Assembly (NCBI GenBank): GCA_032718475.1
Contig: JAUCBJ010006913.1
Coordinates: 16,113 to 80,112 of the forward strand
From: Nemertoderma westbladi
Taxonomy: Eukaryota; Animalia; Xenacoelomorpha
Reading direction: 5' to 3'
Length of the DNA: 64,000 bases
The translations under genes and the position numbers were made by a program. The notes beneath the pieces are model-generated. The model was not told where the DNA came from. It searched no databases and saw only the letters and a list, made by a program, of their open reading frames with translations. This document shows, piece by piece, positions 59,799-64,000 of the stretch (position 1 is its first letter; each line of letters starts with the position of its first letter).

Positions 59799-61048
59799 TC
59801 TGTAAAAGCTTTTGTGGGATAACTGATACGTTTGCCTTGGCTGGCCAGTTCCCCCCCCGGCGCTGGAATACTCTAAAAAAGGTTTTCTAACTGTATATAT
59901 ATTCCCCTCGCCCGCAAGGTACCTTTACAGGTGTTTTAACGGACATAAAAATCATTCTGCTATATACGTGTTTTAGCGGACATGGTAAGACAAAAACTTG
60001 TAATGCACAAACCACCTTTCACAGTTTAGCCGTGATGATTCATATTACGACATCTAGCAGCTGGTTGCTGACATGGAAACAGCCATTGGCAGCGTGGTTC
60101 TTTGTTTGGCTTGGGCCAATCAGGGCGGTTTTTCCTGTCGACGTGTAGCTTTCCTGGAAATCAGGGAGAGTGTTACCTCTGACGGGAGAGAGAGAGAGAG
60201 TTGTCACTTTTGTTGTTATTGCTGTCTAAGCCAGAAACACCGGCATTTTTTGGATAGATACTGCTGTACCGTGAACTGCAGAACGGCTTGAATTATCGAA
60301 AGTATAAACTGTTACCGCATCTTACTAACTCACTAACTTCACTAATTCATTAATCATATTGTTTGTACTGTTATTTTACCGTCAGTTATTAATTGTAAAT
60401 ATTTGTTGATGGAAATATTGCTATTTGGATAATACGGATAAATCACCCAATTCCCAATTTTCTTGATAACACTACAGGTTAGAGAGACCGGCTATATATA
60501 ACAATTGCGATTTATATTAATGTGGTGTGTATTGAATCCAATGTTATTTAGCAGACCCTACGCGAGTCAATTACTGCTCTCTTTATGTGTGATCAAATAT
60601 ACTGACTGTCGACAGAATAGTGTGAATGATTGTGATTGGTAACAAAGTATTTCCTAAAGAATACGTTTTATACTTTAATCATCAGCAGTATCGTTGCGTT
60701 TAGTATAAGTCTTAGTTCTGTTTAAATAGGTAAAGCGCCACGTCCTAAAGGAACTGTTAATATTTCCCGAAAGCCAATAAAATCTGTCAGAGATTAATTA
60801 TTAACGATCTATCGAATAATACATTAGGTATACACTACAACCTTACACTGTAATAATACAATTCAAGCATCCGAATTCAGTCTCCCGGGTGTAGATCCAT
60901 CGGGTGAATGATCGCGCATGGGCTGACTTCGGCTAATGTTTTGCGTATTAGCATAAATTATTGTCGTATGCTAAAGTGGTTTTAATTAACGAAAAGACAT
61001 ATAAATTTTGGCAGGTTAAACTGCTAAAGGTCTTCGAAAGCGCGAACA

Positions 61049-61059
61049 GTAACAGTTTA
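61049..61059 (+). promoter_or_regulatory. Non-tRNA primer-binding site of element 2 (GTAACAGTTTA), complementary to LTR positions 60305-60315
   Basis: Abuts the LTR end, has no TGG start, perfect 11-nt inverted match; a second copy at 61114-61126 matches 13 nt. Confidence 0.7.
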
Positions 61060-63278
61060 GGTTCTTATTGCAGTGTAGGTATTAAATACAGTTTAATACT
61101 GTTCTGACGAACAGTAACAGTTTATAATCTTATTGCAGTAAGCAATAAGGTTGCAAGTGTAGGCAGACTGAACCGGTACTTTGTAGGTCAGTAGGCCTAA
61201 CTGTCATCACCGGTACCGGTACTGCTGTACAAGTACATTAGTATTATTCGATTTGATTGTTGTATACCGGTAGGTCTTGGTACTTAATCAGGGAACGGCC
61301 GCCCTGATTTTTATTTGAGATTCTACTTATTTCTGTTGGTTTTATTTACTAGTAGGCTAATATTGAGCAGAAGGCGTGTGACCCTGCTCAGATTGTTCAG
61401 ATAATTGTAGGCTGAGCTGCTGTCTGACTGTGGTTGGGTTTGGAGAGATTACGGCGTGTGTAGAGTTTGTCTGATAAAGTGCCGTTAGTAAGTTGGGGCA
61501 GTCAACACTGTAAGGTCAATCCCCTCTTAAAGAGTAAGTCGTACTACCGTGTTAGCACGCATACTAACTAACAGTTTCAGAGTCTGCATATACTGTAGTT
61601 TATTTAGGCTTGATCGTAGTCTGCCAGTGTTTTAGCCTGTGTTTGTTTGTGTGGTCTGTTCAGGTACCGTAATAGTTATTACTCAAATATTTTGTAGGCT
61701 GGATTGTTGTCTAGCTATTTTTGGGTCTGAAGGGATTGCTGCGTGTGTAGAGTGGGTCTGATCAAGCGCCGTTAGTAAGTTGGGGCAGTCAACACTGTAA
61801 GGTCAATCCCCTCTTAAAGAGTAAGTCGTACTACCGTGTTAGCACGCATACTAACTAACATTTTCAGAATCTGCACATACAGTAGTTTGTTTAGGCTTGA
61901 TAGTAGTCTGCCAGCGTTTGGTTTGTATTTGTTTGAGTATTCTGTACGGGTAGCGTAATATTTATTATTCAGAGTTTATGCGATTATTCGCAACATTCAT
62001 GTCCCCAAGTTTATTCCTACAGTAATTGTGCTTGTTATACATACCGTTATAGTTAAACTAACCCCGGTACTACATCAGGGCTGCTTGGCGTAGGTAAAGA
62101 CTGACGACTTTGTGCTTCGGTCACTCCAGCAGATGCCGTGGTTCTTTTAACTGTTCAAGTATATTTAACTACTGATTATTTGTTATACCGGTACTTGTAC
62201 CTAATTTAGGGTTTAGAGTACAGTGCCTTCCGAAGTAATTAGTGTAGGCAGTATTTTGTGTTGTAAAGTGGTTGATAGGCACATTCGTTAGCTCTATTAA
62301 CTTCTGGGTAGGAACAATCCGTGATACATAACGTTGTACCTATAGCGATACGGTTATAGGTCGTCAGGCGGTGGTATTTTCCTATCTGGACAGTACAATA
62401 TATTTACTACTACTTATTATTCAAATACCGTAGTACCCTGTCTGTTGATAATAACCAGAAATCTAACCCTTTGTTAGGCTGGTTTGTAGACTTCCTGTAA
62501 AATTACCCTAAAAAATTCGTACGTAATATTTTGTTGTGTTTAATTAGAGAATTAATCTCACCCGTATCGTAAGTAATTTGTAGTATTAAGTAACTTAGGT
62601 AAATTAGAATTATCAGTTTTAGTGTCAAATAAATAGCACTTCACTGAGAAGCGTTCAGTTTCTGTTAAAGTAAACCCCCGGAAATAATAACATTTATTTC
62701 AAATATTGTCAAAAACCCTTTTTAAACGGGTATATATCTATTATAAATCAACTCAAACGATTTATAAATAGTAGGCCTGCCATACAAAACTAGGTCTCAC
62801 TATCAGTTGGACTACTGCTTAAATAACGGTAACAAAGTAAGTTAAAGTAACCAAGTAGCCCTAAAATATTCAGAAAATCAATTATTCTAAAAATAATTGA
62901 CATACCGGTACTTACAATAGGCTTATTATATTTATTTCTATAAATTTGAGCTGAAATCATACCGGTACTCTGTAATTAATTCTAATCCAGAATTATACTT
63001 ATATATTATAAGTGTAAGCTGTATACCGGTATTCATTATAGGCCTACTATATATATATATATATTTGTACTAAAATTATATACCGGTACTCTGTGACAAA
63101 TCTAGTCTGTAATAATACTTATATATTATAAGCATACCGGTATTCTAATATATTGTATATATCACGTTCCACTGAGTAACGGTACCGGTAATAAATCGCT
63201 AGGCTTGCGGTCATACTGAATTACTAGACTTGCTTTAACTGAAACTATAGTAGTAGACATTCGACTGTATAACTAAAC

Positions 63279-64000
63279 ATGTCTGACACTCAGCAAAACC
63301 TGTCAGACAGTCTGATCGAGACCACTATCTGTGATTCAGATAGGAGAGTGGAGCGAATAATAGAGAAGTTCGGCTCACCTCCTACTGTAAAAAAGGTCAT
63401 CCCTCCAGTAGTATCAGACCCTAGGCTAGTCCACCATAGGTCCATCATAGGCACTCGGGCACAGGTAAAACGGGACCAAGAGGCAGCTGTCCTATCGCAG
63501 CAACATCTTGGTCAAGAACCTACTTCCCAGAGGCCAGATAGCTCCAGCAGTTCGGACACTGTAGAGTTGACTCCCGAACATGGAGTGCAGATGGCTGATA
63601 CAGTCTACTCAGACCCCCTTCTTACTCTTCCTGCTACAGTGCTGACTACTATACTCATTGCGGTGGAAGAACATCAAGTCGACTGGGCGAAGAATAAGCA
63701 AGCGACCCAAGATGATTACGCGGGATACGCCAGGGAAGAATTGATATCTATTGTTGAATCACAATGGAACTTTCCCGGACTCGGACTCCCGTTGGACCTG
63801 TCTGAGGCTACTTGGGAAGATATACACAGGATGGGAGTGGCTCAAAATACAATGGATCCAGCTGTTTGGAAGAGGTCGGCAGCAGGATATGTGCAGGGAT
63901 TCTTCGAATCCTTGGAGCGATTGGAAGAGCAGCTGTTTCGACAACCTCATGGACCTCAAGAGCAGGAAGAACTGCTATATCAAATACGCGAAAGAACTCT
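63279..64000 (+). CDS. First ORF of element 2, open to the window end
   Basis: MSDTQQNLSDSLIETT matches MSDAKQNLSDSLLDTT of ORF 42111-43403; read by hand without a stop to 64000. Confidence 0.7.
   Translation, partial: MSDTQQNLSDSLIETTICDSDRRVERIIEKFGSPPTVKKVIPPVVSDPRLVHHRSIIGTRAQVKRDQEAAVLSQQHLGQEPTSQRPDSSSSSDTVELTPEHGVQMADTVYSDPLLTLPATVLTTILIAVEEHQVDWAKNKQATQDDYAGYAREELISIVESQWNFPGLGLPLDLSEATWEDIHRMGVAQNTMDPAVWKRSAAGYVQGFFESLERLEEQLFRQPHGPQEQEELLYQIRERT

Larger units (their letters stand above)
48134..59800 (-). mobile_element. Polinton/Maverick (endogenous adintovirus-like element); one terminus present, remainder displaced by an LTR insertion
   Basis: Begins AGTAGTATAG; compact co-oriented AT-rich genes for pPolB, protease, ATPase, integrase and two capsid proteins. 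Confidence 0.95.
59801..64000 (+). mobile_element. 5' part of a second LTR retrotransposon related to element 1, running off the window
   Basis: LTR 59801-61048 (TGTAAAAGCTTTTG...GCGCGAACA, same termini as element 1); 2.2-kb leader clearly homologous to the reverse complement of 43404-45780. Confidence 0.92.

Overview
AT-rich animal (probably invertebrate) genomic DNA made almost entirely of nested repeats and mobile elements. The only recognisable host coding sequence is one I-set immunoglobulin exon (32720-32967, +). From left to right: a diverged solo-type LTR; a 27-bp minisatellite next to a tRNA-derived, SINE-like head; a 5'-truncated RTE-like LINE; an 87-bp satellite in two blocks (about 175 and 41 units) separated by a CRE-clade RT/RLE retrotransposon; the Ig exon; a 48-bp satellite holding a young 13.3-kb non-autonomous BEL/Pao LTR element and the AGTAGT end of a Polinton/Maverick. 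The Polinton encodes VLTF3-like, MCP, PLA2-integrase, penton, ATPase, protease and pPolB genes. Its polymerase is interrupted by a 48-bp in-frame micro-retroinsertion and by a second LTR element of the same BEL-related family. The strongest signal is that both LTR elements lack a tRNA primer-binding site. Each instead has an 11-13 nt PBS perfectly complementary to a site about 750 nt upstream inside its own LTR, and the two sequences co-vary between the elements, which suggests Tf1-style self-priming in a BEL/Pao lineage. The 87-bp satellite is also unusual: all four array ends share one phase, which is the CRE junction phase, and each monomer contains a 30-bp AGTAGT...ACTACT hairpin resembling a miniature Polinton. 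Family assignments come from motif recognition by eye; no searches were run.
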